From NCBI GenBank assembly GCA_963765765.1, contig CAVXYC010000018.1, positions 96,001-160,000 on the forward strand: 64,000 bases of DNA, given 5' to 3'. Positions 21,078 through 30,497 of this stretch are shown piece by piece. The notes beneath the pieces were generated by a model. That model saw only the letters and a list, made by a program, of their open reading frames with translations. It did no database searches and was not told the origin of the DNA. The stretch comes from an uncultured Chloroflexia bacterium (GTDB lineage: Bacteria > Chloroflexota > UBA6077 > JACCZL01). The stretch's first letter is position 1, and the number at the start of each line of letters is the position of its first letter. Position numbers and translations under genes: made by a program.

Positions 21078-22289
21078 TTATCCTACCGCCTTCTTGAGCG
21101 CCTCCTCGTACGTTCTCATGGCATCGTAAGACTTGAGCTTGAGGTCCTGGAACTCTTTGCCGGGCAGAGGCAGCAGATCCGCTTCAACACCGGCGCCCTT
21201 GGCCCAAGCAAGGAACTCAGGGTCATGGATCGCGTTCAGGACCGCCGACTCCAACACTGCCTGTCGATCGGCAGGAGTATTGGGCATAGTGGTGATGCCA
21301 TAGATGAACGTCGCGAGCGCTGACTCCATTTGAGCCGCGTTGGGCACGTTCATTTCACGTGCCGTGGGCGTATTCGGGATCAGCGGGTTTCGCTGATCTT
21401 CCAGAACGAAGATCGGCCGAAGATCGCCCGACTCAATGAACCGCAGCCACGATGTAATGGGCGAGGCAAACACGAGATCGGTGTCTCCGCGAATGACGGA
21501 CGGGGCAATGTCGGCGCTGCCCTGGAAACCGCCGACGTGAACCGCGTTCTTGAGTCCGAGCGCCTCAACCAGCACGACGTGCTGGAGCAGGTGCCCACCA
21601 ATACCCTCATTTCCGAATCGAAGACGTTGTCCGGCCGTGTCGGCGGCAATGATCTCATCCACCGTATTGAACGGCGAATCCTTCCGGGTGAGCAGCGCGA
21701 ACGGCGACTTGCGCACGCCCGCGACTGATGTCCAGGAACGGAGGTCAAATCCTTCGGCACTCTCCACAAACGTACTCACATAAAGTGGGGGCTCGCTGAA
21801 ATATCCGAGGGTATAGCCATCAGGTGGCAAACTCTGGAACTGCCGCGCGGCGAGCCGCTGTCCACCGCCCGGCACGTTCTTTACTACTACCGGCTGTCCA
21901 AGCAGCTTTTGCATAGGAATTGCAAGCTGCCGCGCCACAGTGTCGAAGCCACCGCCAGGCCCAAACGGCACGATGATCTCGAGCGGCTTTGTGGGGAAAT
22001 CAGCGAGCTTGGCCACCGGCTTGGGCGCGGGACCAAGCCCCGGGGGCGCGGATGCTTGCGCGGCTGGCGATGCCGCCGGTGAAGCCGCTGGCTTCGCTGC
22101 GGCGGGAGAGGCTGCAGGCGCGCCTGGCGATGCTGGGGCGCTCGTGGCCGCTGCCTTCGCGGGAGCCGAGGTGGGGCTGGAGGCTGCTGGCGCACATCCG
22201 CTTAGCAACAGCACGCCGGCAAGGATACTCATGAATCCCTGGCGGAGTCGACTCGAGCCAGGTTGAAATAGGGTCGGGGGGCACAGCAT
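21078..22289 (-). CDS. tripartite tricarboxylate transporter substrate-binding lipoprotein (TctC/Bug); start may be 22232
   Basis: FPTKPLEIIVPFGPGGGFD, NVPGGG, PDGYTL; lipobox LSGC and Ala/Pro linker. Confidence 0.85.
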   Translation of the reverse strand: MLCPPTLFQPGSSRLRQGFMSILAGVLLLSGCAPAASSPTSAPAKAAATSAPASPGAPAASPAAAKPAASPAASPAAQASAPPGLGPAPKPVAKLADFPTKPLEIIVPFGPGGGFDTVARQLAIPMQKLLGQPVVVKNVPGGGQRLAARQFQSLPPDGYTLGYFSEPPLYVSTFVESAEGFDLRSWTSVAGVRKSPFALLTRKDSPFNTVDEIIAADTAGQRLRFGNEGIGGHLLQHVVLVEALGLKNAVHVGGFQGSADIAPSVIRGDTDLVFASPITSWLRFIESGDLRPIFVLEDQRNPLIPNTPTAREMNVPNAAQMESALATFIYGITTMPNTPADRQAVLESAVLNAIHDPEFLAWAKGAGVEADLLPLPGKEFQDLKLKSYDAMRTYEEALKKAVG

Positions 22290-22384
22290 GCGACAGCCTC
22301 CTAGCAATGCGAGCCGAACGATAGCATCCGGACCTGGCGCGCTGCATAAGATTGAGATTGAGACACGGTTGTGATCTCCAACGA

Positions 22385-22561
22385 CATTGCAGCGGAAGGC
22401 ATCGAGAAGCCCGGCCAGGTGGAGCGATTGCGCTCCATGGGGTGGGATAAGGGCCAGGCTACCTCTTCGGAAAGCCGCTCACCGCGGACGAGCTCACCAC
22501 CCGACTCACTAACCTCCCGCCCAGCCTGGCTCGCCGCGTTAGCTTCAGCAACGCGGCGTAA
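22385..22561 (+). pseudogene. C-terminal remnant of an EAL phosphodiesterase domain
   Basis: IAAEGIEKPGQVERLRSMGWDKGQ then, after a 1-nt shift, YLFGKPLTADEL; no upstream EAL body. Confidence 0.6.
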
Positions 22562-22643
22562 ACCGCCCGGGGCTCGCCTGCGATCATCGTTGAGCGGGCT
22601 ATCGAGTTGCGGTTTCCGGTGGTTGGCCGAATAATCCCACTCC

Positions 22644-23873
22644 ATGCAGACGCGAACAAGACGCATGTCGCTCGGCGCCGCGGTAGGGCTGGACGGACTT
22701 AGCAAGGACACCCAGCGCGGTTTAGCCGTCGCATTTGCCACGAGCATCGCGGTGGTAATGGGTGTGCAGATGATCTACCCCGTCCTACCCGCGCTGATGT
22801 TTCAGCTCGGGGTGGACGACAAGGCGATTGGCCTGGTCGTGGCCGTGTACACGGCGCCGGCAATCTTTCTGGCGCCGGTCTTCGGCATTCTGACGGACCG
22901 CCATGGTCGCCGACCCATCCTGCTCGGCGGCCTGCTGCTCTTCGGATTGGCCGGTGGCGCCATTGCTCTGGCGCCCACATTCGAATGGGTCGTAGCGTTG
23001 CGCTTCATTCAAGGCGTAGGTGCCACGGCGTTGAGCCCCCTCACGATTGTCCTACTGAGCGACCTCCTCGAGGACGAGAGCCAGGAGAGCTCAGCACAAG
23101 GTTTCAAAGTTGTTCTCGATCGCGTGAGCACGATCTTCGTACCGGTGGTCGCGGGGCTGCTGGCCGCCATCACATGGTCGCTCCCCTTCTATATGTTCGC
23201 GCTCACAATCCCTCTGGCGTGGCTCGCCTGGCGCTGGCTTCCTGAGACGCAAACGCAATCGAAAGTCACGATGGGCGCGTACCTGCGTGGCTACGGGCAC
23301 ATAGCTCGGCATCCACTCCTACTCATGGCGTTCTTCGCGGGATTCCTGCGCTTCTTTCTGGATTACGCCTTCTTTACGTATCTGCCGATCTATCTCGCGC
23401 TGAATCGAGGCACATCAACCGCTGTCATTGGCCTCATCTTTGGCTGCTTCGCCGTGGGCGCGATTATCACCGCGAGTCAGGCCGGACGCATCATCCGCCT
23501 GGGCGACCTCACGAAGCTGGTTTTAGTGGGATTCGTGCTGGACGGCGTATCGCTGATTGCCGTGCCGTTTCTACCCTTTGAACCGCTGATCGGCCTGGCC
23601 ATGCTCGTCTACGGACTGGGCAACGGCATGATCTCACCGCTCCAAAAGAGCTTGCTGACCCGCAATGCTCCGGTGGATCTGCGCGTAGGCGTGGTGTCAC
23701 TGGACCGGTTGATTCAGCAGATCGGTAAAACCGCCGCTCCTGGCGTGGTCGGCATGGCCCTTGTGATCGGTGAGCTGGGAATGGTGTTCTGGATTCTAGG
23801 CGCACTCTCCATTATCAGCGTCGTGGCCGTAACACGAGTGATGAGTTCGTCGCGAGTAGCGAGTAGCGAGTAG
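22644..23873 (+). CDS. MFS transporter
   Basis: GILTDRHGRR motif A, about 12 TM segments. Confidence 0.88.
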   Translation: MQTRTRRMSLGAAVGLDGLSKDTQRGLAVAFATSIAVVMGVQMIYPVLPALMFQLGVDDKAIGLVVAVYTAPAIFLAPVFGILTDRHGRRPILLGGLLLFGLAGGAIALAPTFEWVVALRFIQGVGATALSPLTIVLLSDLLEDESQESSAQGFKVVLDRVSTIFVPVVAGLLAAITWSLPFYMFALTIPLAWLAWRWLPETQTQSKVTMGAYLRGYGHIARHPLLLMAFFAGFLRFFLDYAFFTYLPIYLALNRGTSTAVIGLIFGCFAVGAIITASQAGRIIRLGDLTKLVLVGFVLDGVSLIAVPFLPFEPLIGLAMLVYGLGNGMISPLQKSLLTRNAPVDLRVGVVSLDRLIQQIGKTAAPGVVGMALVIGELGMVFWILGALSIISVVAVTRVMSSSRVASSE

Positions 23874-23951
23874 CGAGTAGCGAGTACGGATCTTCCCGCT
23901 CGCGCTTCCCTGTTGTCACTGAGTACTCGCTACTGGTTACTCGCTACTCGT
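23852..23951. repeat. hairpin of tandem heptamers (GCGAGTA x5 / TACTCGC-like x4)
   Basis: Seen directly between convergent stop codons; contains the MFS stop. Confidence 0.8.
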
Positions 23952-23954
23952 TGG

Positions 23955-24338
23955 TTAGTCGATGACTGCGATGCCTTCGATCTCGAGCATGTAGTCGGGG
24001 TTGGCAAGGCCCGCGGCCACGATGAATGTGCTGGCAGGCAGTGGAGCCTTGAGGTACTTGGCGCGCACGGCAGCCACCTGCTCGCGGTAACGTGCGTCGC
24101 ATACGAAGACGGTGATCTTCACCAGATTGCTGAAATCGCCACCAGCTGACGCCAACGCTTTGCCAAGATTGCTGAAAATCTGCTCAGTCTGCGCCGTCAC
24201 GTCGCCTTTACCGACAATCTCGCCCTGCTCGTTCTGGGACGTTTGACCGGCGATGTAAATGGTGTTACCCGCGCGCACCACGTGGCTGTACGTTGGCGGG
24301 GTGGGCAAACCCTCTGGCTGAATATGCTCAACTGGCAT
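23955..24338 (-). CDS. RidA/YjgF family protein (no catalytic Arg)
   Basis: YSHVVRAG, IAGQ, PASTF, LEIEGIA. Confidence 0.85.
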   Translation of the reverse strand: MPVEHIQPEGLPTPPTYSHVVRAGNTIYIAGQTSQNEQGEIVGKGDVTAQTEQIFSNLGKALASAGGDFSNLVKITVFVCDARYREQVAAVRAKYLKAPLPASTFIVAAGLANPDYMLEIEGIAVID

Positions 24339-24509
24339 GAGGAACCTCCGGTGCTGATCTAGATCGAGAGCATACCGGAGATGAACGGTAGTGAGACTTC
24401 TCCATGCGTGGCCGGCCAGTGAGACCATAGTTCGTCACTCGCCTAGCTCAGTATGTCTTCGCCTATGCAACATGGCGCCCTGGCGGGTCCTACAAAGGCT
24501 TGGACACCC

Positions 24510-24549
24510 TTCTGACGAATTTCTAACACTGTTCTGACGCGACTCCGAC
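24510..24549. promoter_or_regulatory. four 11-bp-periodic direct repeats (putative response-regulator boxes)
   Basis: TTCTGAC 24510, TTCTAAC 24521, TTCTGAC 24532, CTCCGAC 24543. Confidence 0.5.
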
Positions 24550-24614
24550 CATGTCATTTCTATCCTCGTACTGGAAGCTGTTGAGCTAGCGAGTAAGGGT
24601 CAGGAGGTCGCACC

Positions 24615-25115
24615 ATGCTTCGACCATGGGGTTACCCACTGTTGCCGGTAGCACGCCGCTTCGTTGCGCGGGCGGCCTACCGCGTTGTTCGTGACACCAC
24701 CACGGTGCTACTAGTCACTGTTCTGATGGCAGCCTGGATCCTAGGGGGACCGTTCGTAAGCTCCCTCGGCGGGACATCAGGAGCGGCGATAGCTGATCAA
24801 TCGGCAGACCAGTACATGCGCGCGCTACGAGACAGAGATAGCGCCGAGTTGTTTCGTAGTCTCTCTCCCGAGATGCGTGGACGGCTGGAGAGGCAAGCCG
24901 GGCTGGGAGGGCCAGCCGCGGCGACCTGGTTGTTCAATGAGGGTGAGCGGCGCGGGGAGCGAATCGTTGATTACCGAATGGTCGGGTCCGATCGGACAAT
25001 CCAGGGGGACAAACTGTATTTCTATGTCGTACGCGCGGAGCGAGGCAGTGACCGGCGCGACATCCCGTACACGCTGACCGTCTCGTCGGATGGCAAGGTA
25101 ACTGGCGTCGAGTAG
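24615..25115 (+). CDS. membrane-anchored hypothetical protein (possibly NTF2-like)
   Basis: AGGAGG RBS; one TM segment; YMRALRDRD..LF..LSP helix then beta strands. Confidence 0.6.
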   Translation: MLRPWGYPLLPVARRFVARAAYRVVRDTTTVLLVTVLMAAWILGGPFVSSLGGTSGAAIADQSADQYMRALRDRDSAELFRSLSPEMRGRLERQAGLGGPAAATWLFNEGERRGERIVDYRMVGSDRTIQGDKLYFYVVRAERGSDRRDIPYTLTVSSDGKVTGVE

Positions 25116-25207
25116 GTCGTTTACGTCGGAAACACGAATTGGGGCACCGGAATCTGTCATGCTCCATCGCCAAGCCTGACGGACTCCGGTGCCCATCAAC
25201 CTTCGAG

Positions 25208-26836
25208 CTATGCGGTCAACGACCAAGCGCCTTCCATGCCAGGGATCTCGCGCGCCGCGGACAACACAGCCGGCGTAATGGGGTCGTCCACGACCATGAC
25301 CATCAGGGCATCGCCGCCCGGATGGAAGCGTCCAACCTGGAGGCCCGAGATGTTGACGTGGCTCCTTCCGAGAAGCGTCCCCACGGCACCCACAACGCCC
25401 GGCACGTCACTGTGATGTGTGAGCAAGAGGTGCCCGCCGTTGAGCGGCAGGTCCACGGGGAAGCCGAGAATTCGGCGGATCCTCAGCTCGTTGTCCTTGG
25501 CCTCGATCTCGACATCGGCCTCACCATGATCGGTACGAACCGACACGCGCACGCCGGCTTCGTCCGTTGGGGAACGGCGCTCCACTGGCCTCAGCCCGCG
25601 CTGCTCCGCAATCTCCTGCGCGTTGATCCAGGAGATTGGCTCGTCGCTGATTCGACTCAGCAGTCCTGCTAGCGCGGCAGCGCTGAAGGCATTGGTCGTG
25701 ACGTCGGCCGGCGAGCCATTAATGCTGATCTCTACCGACTTGAGCTGGCCTTCAGCAAGCTGGATGGCTAGGCCGCCAGCTTTGTCGGCCGCGTCAAGCC
25801 ATGGATGAAGCGACGGGTCCTCGGGCCAGCGTGGCCCATTGAGCGCCCCAATCGGTGGTCCTCCCGACAGCATGCTGAGCATCTGCTCCGCGATGCGCAC
25901 CGCCACCGACTCCAGCGCCTCGGTCGTCGACCCCGCGAGATGCGGTGTAGCCAGCACTTTGGGATGCATGGCCAGCGGATGCGCCGGAGCGGGCTCCTCG
26001 GGATACACATCGATTCCCGCGCCGGCGATGACGCCATTATCGAGTGCTTCGAGCAGCGCATCCGTATCGACGACTTCACCGCGCGCGCAGTTGATGATGT
26101 ACGCCGTGGGCTTCATCGCCGCGAGCGTCTCACGATTGATCATGTTTCGAGTTTCGGATGTGGCCGGCACGTGGAGACTGATGAAGTCGGCTTCTCGCAG
26201 AAGCTGATCCAGGCCAACGATCTGCACCCCAAGACGCTCAGCCCTCTCCGCGGGAATGTATGGGTCCACAGCAAGGACCGACATTCCTAGAGCCCGGGCA
26301 CGTGTTACGAGCTCACTGCCCACCGGGCCTAGTCCTACGGTTCCGAGGGTTCGGCCGGCCAGCTCGATGCCGGTGAACTTCGAGCGGTCCCATTTCCCTT
26401 CTCGTAGTGACTTGTTGGCCGGAACAAAGTGTCGGGCCAGTGCAATCATGAGCCCCAGCGCATGCTCAGCCACTGCTACGGAGTTGCCGCCGGCGGCGTT
26501 GATGACCGCCACACCGCGCGCGGTGCAAGCTTCCACGTCGATGTTGTCCACGCCCACCCCTGCACGGGCCACTACGCGGAGATTGGGGCCATGCTCTAGC
26601 AGCTCGCGGGTGACCTGCGTGCCGCTGCGGACAACCAATCCATCGCAGTCAGCCAGCATGGTGCGTAGCTCATCGGGCGAGGACGGTCGAAGGACCTGTG
26701 CACGCTCCTGGAGAAGCTGGAGTCCAGCGTCGCCAAACGGCTCCGCAACTAGGATGCGCGCGGACGACGCGCCAATCAAGCGAAGCTGACGCGTGGCGTC
26801 GTCGGAGGAACTATTGATCGTGTCTGGCTGAGTCAC
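25208..26836 (-). CDS. serA: D-3-phosphoglycerate dehydrogenase with ACT domain
   Basis: RAGVGVDNID, GLGPVG, INCARG, TPHLAGST, DVPGVVG..NIS ACT domain. Confidence 0.8.
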   Translation of the reverse strand: MTQPDTINSSSDDATRQLRLIGASSARILVAEPFGDAGLQLLQERAQVLRPSSPDELRTMLADCDGLVVRSGTQVTRELLEHGPNLRVVARAGVGVDNIDVEACTARGVAVINAAGGNSVAVAEHALGLMIALARHFVPANKSLREGKWDRSKFTGIELAGRTLGTVGLGPVGSELVTRARALGMSVLAVDPYIPAERAERLGVQIVGLDQLLREADFISLHVPATSETRNMINRETLAAMKPTAYIINCARGEVVDTDALLEALDNGVIAGAGIDVYPEEPAPAHPLAMHPKVLATPHLAGSTTEALESVAVRIAEQMLSMLSGGPPIGALNGPRWPEDPSLHPWLDAADKAGGLAIQLAEGQLKSVEISINGSPADVTTNAFSAAALAGLLSRISDEPISWINAQEIAEQRGLRPVERRSPTDEAGVRVSVRTDHGEADVEIEAKDNELRIRRILGFPVDLPLNGGHLLLTHHSDVPGVVGAVGTLLGRSHVNISGLQVGRFHPGGDALMVMVVDDPITPAVLSAAREIPGMEGAWSLTA

Positions 26837-26959
26837 CGCAACTCCACGTATAAGGTAAGCGTAAGGGCCCTCTCCGTTCGGGAGGGTAACATACGGCCGG
26901 CGCATGGTGCCGGAAGGCTTCCGCCCCCCGGGCACGCAGTACAATTATCGAACGATTCC

Positions 26960-27589
26960 GTGGAGGACTCAATGACGGTTGATCGTGAAAAGCTCGCAGC
27001 CGTATCAGACCCGCGCCGGTCCGCCCTGGTCGTGGTGGACATGCAGAATGATTTCTGCAATCCCGCGGACTATCCGGAGTCTGTGCCGATGCTGCCACGC
27101 CTCCAGCGACTCATCAATGAGTCGCGCCGCGCCGGCGTACAGGTGATCTTCACGCAGGTCAACCACGATGCGACGAACGACTCGACAGTCTGGTTGAGCC
27201 GCCGCGCCCCGGGACGTAAGGACATCGTCAAGGCCGGCACCTCTGGCGCTGAGTATCACCCCGATTTCCAGCCCCAGCCGGGCGATATCGACATTGTGAA
27301 ACACCGCTACAGCGCGTTCATCGGGACGCCGCTGGAGATGAATCTGCGTACGCTCGGTATCGAGACACTCTTCATGACCGGGATCTCCACGAACGTGTGC
27401 GTGGAGAGCACATTGCGGGACGCGTTTCAGCGAGATTTCCACGTCGTTCTGGTGGAGGACTGCTGCGCCTCGGGCACACGGGCGCTCCATGACGGCACGG
27501 TGGAGAACACCCGTCGTCACTTTGGGGGGCTCGTTGCTACGTCCGATGAAGTCGTGGAGGCCTGGAGCGAAGTCGCCGCGCGCGTGTAG
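26960..27589 (+). CDS. isochorismatase-family amidohydrolase (RutB-like)
   Basis: VVDMQNDF, KHRYSAF, GISTNVCVESTLRD. Confidence 0.85.
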   Translation: MEDSMTVDREKLAAVSDPRRSALVVVDMQNDFCNPADYPESVPMLPRLQRLINESRRAGVQVIFTQVNHDATNDSTVWLSRRAPGRKDIVKAGTSGAEYHPDFQPQPGDIDIVKHRYSAFIGTPLEMNLRTLGIETLFMTGISTNVCVESTLRDAFQRDFHVVLVEDCCASGTRALHDGTVENTRRHFGGLVATSDEVVEAWSEVAARV

Positions 27590-27690
27590 CGCCAAATCCA
27601 TCACCGCGGGCCGCGCAGGCGCCAACCGTCCCGTGCTGCATTCAGTCGAGGCGTCACCTTCATCAGCATTCGAAACTCGAGGAGGAGTCC

Positions 27691-29010
27691 ATGCTTAGTA
27701 AGGAAGACAATGTCACGCTGACTCAGGTAGGCCCCGGAACGCCCGGCGGCAACCTGATGAGGATGTACTGGCAGCCCGTAGCGGCAGCCAAGGAGCTTGA
27801 CGATTCGCCGTTCCGCACCAAGGAAGTGCGTGTGCTCGGCGAAGATCTCGTGCTCTTCCGTGATCGGCAGGGAAAGCTCGGGCTGATCGAGCGTTTCTGC
27901 TCCCACCGTCGCGTCAACCTCGCCATCGGCGTCGTCGAAGACGACGGTCTGCGCTGTCAGTATCACGGCTGGAAGTTCAACGCCCAGGGCCAGTGCATCG
28001 AGCAGCCGTTCGAAGACACGATGCATCCTGAAGACAGCGTTCCGTTCGAAGTGCGGCATCACTGGGTATCCGGTACGCGAGATGGCCGGACTCGTGTTCG
28101 CCTACATGGGCCCGACCCCGGCTCCGGAGTTCCCTGTGTGGGAGCCATACGCCTGGAACAACGTGGTGCGCGACATCGCCATCATTGAGCTGCACTGCAA
28201 CTGGCTTCAGTGCCAGGAGAACTCGCTCGATCCGGTTCACAACGAGTGGCTGCACGGCTACTACGGAAACTACGTACACAGCCTGATGGAGCTCGACACC
28301 AATCGAGGTGTGGGCAATCGCTCACTAAGAAGCACCTGAAGATCGGCTTCGATGCGTTCGAATACGGCATCGTCAAGCGACGGGTGCAAGAAGGCGGGAC
28401 TGAGGAGGACGATGACTGGAAAGTCGGCCACCCGGTGATGTTCCCGAACATCCTCCTGGTCGGCAGCCAGTTCTCAGCCACGATGCAGTTCCGCGTGCCC
28501 GTGGACGACACCAAGACGCTGCACATCTCGCTCTACTCGTTCCGTGCGGCGCCAGGTGCCAAAGCTCCCCAGCAGGACTCGGTGCCCTACCGCTATGTGA
28601 ACCTTCACAAGGGCGATGGCAACTGGATCCTGAACTACATCTTCAACCAGGACTACAGCGCGTGGGTGACGCAGGGACCGGTAGCCAAGCGCCACCTGGA
28701 GAAGCTGGGCGAGTCTGACCGCGGCATCATCATGTTCCGCCAGCAGCTCAAAGACCAGATCGCCATCGTGGAAGCCGGCAACGATCCGATGTGCGTCTTC
28801 CGCGAGCCTGAGCAGGCCCAGTTCGTGGAGCTGCCACTGGAGAAGGACAAATTCGGCGCCAACCGACGGCCACCGAAATATGTGCCCGGCGAAGAAGGCT
28901 ACAGCGCCGACGCGAAGCTTATTGAGCAGACGCTGGCCACCTGGGACGCGCTGCCGGAGCACGCGGCGGTGCCGGTTCCGGCCAGCCCGAGTCCAGCACC
29001 AGTCCGTTAG
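27691..29010 (+). CDS. Rieske oxygenase alpha subunit (frameshifts near 28040 and 28310)
   Basis: CSHRR...CQYHGW; ENSLDPVHNEWLH; NQD; EKLGESD. Confidence 0.88.
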
Positions 29011-29032
29011 TTCCTAGGGCATAAAGGGCGGC

Positions 29033-29072
29033 AAGGACATAAGAGACGGCCTTTGCCGTCCCTTATGTCCTT
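29033..29072. repeat. intergenic hairpin
   Basis: AAGGACATAAGAGACGGC / GCCGTCCCTTATGTCCTT arms. Confidence 0.55.
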
Positions 29073-29094
29073 TTGTCGTTAAGAGAGGGAGTTT

Positions 29095-30309
29095 ATGACT
29101 GAGCCAACGCTTCGTATTGGCCTGGTGGGCCTTGGCCGGGCCGCCACCGGCACGTTGCCATCCATGCAGAGGCATCCGAATATCACGGTAACCGGCGCGG
29201 CCGATATACGGCCGGAGGTCATCGAGCAATTCCGCGCGGACGCGGGGGTGGACGGCTTCACCAGTGTCGAAGCGCTGTGCGACAGCGGCACCGTGGACGC
29301 GGTCTACATCGCGACACCCACGCACCTCCACACGGAGCACGTGATCGCGGTGGCGGAGCGCGGCAAGCATGTGATGGTGGAAAAACCGATGGCGATCACC
29401 CTGGATGACGCCGAGAAGATGATCGACGTCACCACGAAAAACGGCGTGCAATTTCAGGTGGGGCACTCACAGAGCTACGAGCCACCGGCCAGAAAGATCC
29501 GCGAGATCGTCCAGAGCGGCATCCTCGGCAACCTGACCATGATGCACAACTGGTACTACAACGACTGGCTGTATCGACCCCGCCTACCCGATGAGCTGAA
29601 TACCGCGCGTGGCGGAGGCATCGTCTTCCGCCAGGGCGCCCACCAGTTCGACATCATGCGTCTGATCGCCGGTGGATTTGTGAACACCGTGCGAGCGTAT
29701 ACAGGTCGATGGGATCCTGATCGGCCGACAGAGGGTGCTCAGACCGCTTATCTGGAATTCGACGGCGGGGTCGTGGCCACGGCGGTATACAGCGCCTACG
29801 ACCGCTTCTATACAACCGAATTCACCAAGATAAACGAAGGCGGCCAGGAAGCCAAGCCCGGAGAGTACGCACAGGCCCGAATGGCCATTCGTAACGCCGG
29901 GGCCGGTGGCGAGGAAGCGCTCAAGTCCCAAGGCCGCTACGGCGGCGCACGTCAGCAGGCGGGAGCATCTCCGCAGGCGCGACACCAGTCATTTTTTGGC
30001 CTGAGCATTATTAGCTGCGAGAAGGGCGATATCCGCCAATCGCCCGACGGCTTACTGATCTATGGCGAGGATCGCATGTGGGAAGAGCCGCTCACGCCGG
30101 GCATTGTGGGCCGCGACCTCATGGTGGACGAGTTCTACCGCGCCATTCGCTCGGGCACTCCCCCAAACAACGATGGACGCTGGGCCATGGGCACACTGGA
30201 AGTGACTCTAGCCGTCCTGGAATCGTCCCGCGAGCATCGGGAGGTGTCACTCTCGCACCAGGTTGCCACGCGCGATGAGGCTCTCTCACTGAAGCCGAGC
30301 TGGATGTAG
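29095..30309 (+). CDS. Gfo/Idh/MocA oxidoreductase, phthalate cis-4,5-dihydrodiol dehydrogenase-like
   Basis: GLGRAA, EKPMA, GHSQSY, WLYRPR..EL...GGG..FRQGAHQFD. Confidence 0.8.
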   Translation: MTEPTLRIGLVGLGRAATGTLPSMQRHPNITVTGAADIRPEVIEQFRADAGVDGFTSVEALCDSGTVDAVYIATPTHLHTEHVIAVAERGKHVMVEKPMAITLDDAEKMIDVTTKNGVQFQVGHSQSYEPPARKIREIVQSGILGNLTMMHNWYYNDWLYRPRLPDELNTARGGGIVFRQGAHQFDIMRLIAGGFVNTVRAYTGRWDPDRPTEGAQTAYLEFDGGVVATAVYSAYDRFYTTEFTKINEGGQEAKPGEYAQARMAIRNAGAGGEEALKSQGRYGGARQQAGASPQARHQSFFGLSIISCEKGDIRQSPDGLLIYGEDRMWEEPLTPGIVGRDLMVDEFYRAIRSGTPPNNDGRWAMGTLEVTLAVLESSREHREVSLSHQVATRDEALSLKPSWM

Positions 30310-30354
30310 GCGGGCGAATTAGACCGAACTGCCGGTACGATAAGAGCAGGTATC

Positions 30355-30456
30355 ACCCGTAGTGGCGTCCTCTTTGCGGGCGCCACCTTGAACTCCCTGT
30401 AGCAATCGCGGGAATAGCGATTTAGGTGGCGCCCGCAAGAGGACGCCACTACGGGT
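30355..30456. repeat. GTAG-type REP doublet
   Basis: ACCCGTAGTGGCGTCCTCT(T)TGCGGGCGCCACCT and its reverse complement. Confidence 0.8.
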
Positions 30457-30497
30457 TGTCATCTCGGGCCGGCCAATGGCTTACTGGAGAAGGAATC

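Noticed and set aside
23852-23886. GCGAGTA x5 as a phase-variation tract
   Set aside because: Lies at the stop codon and has an inverted partner; unit changes would alter only the last few residues
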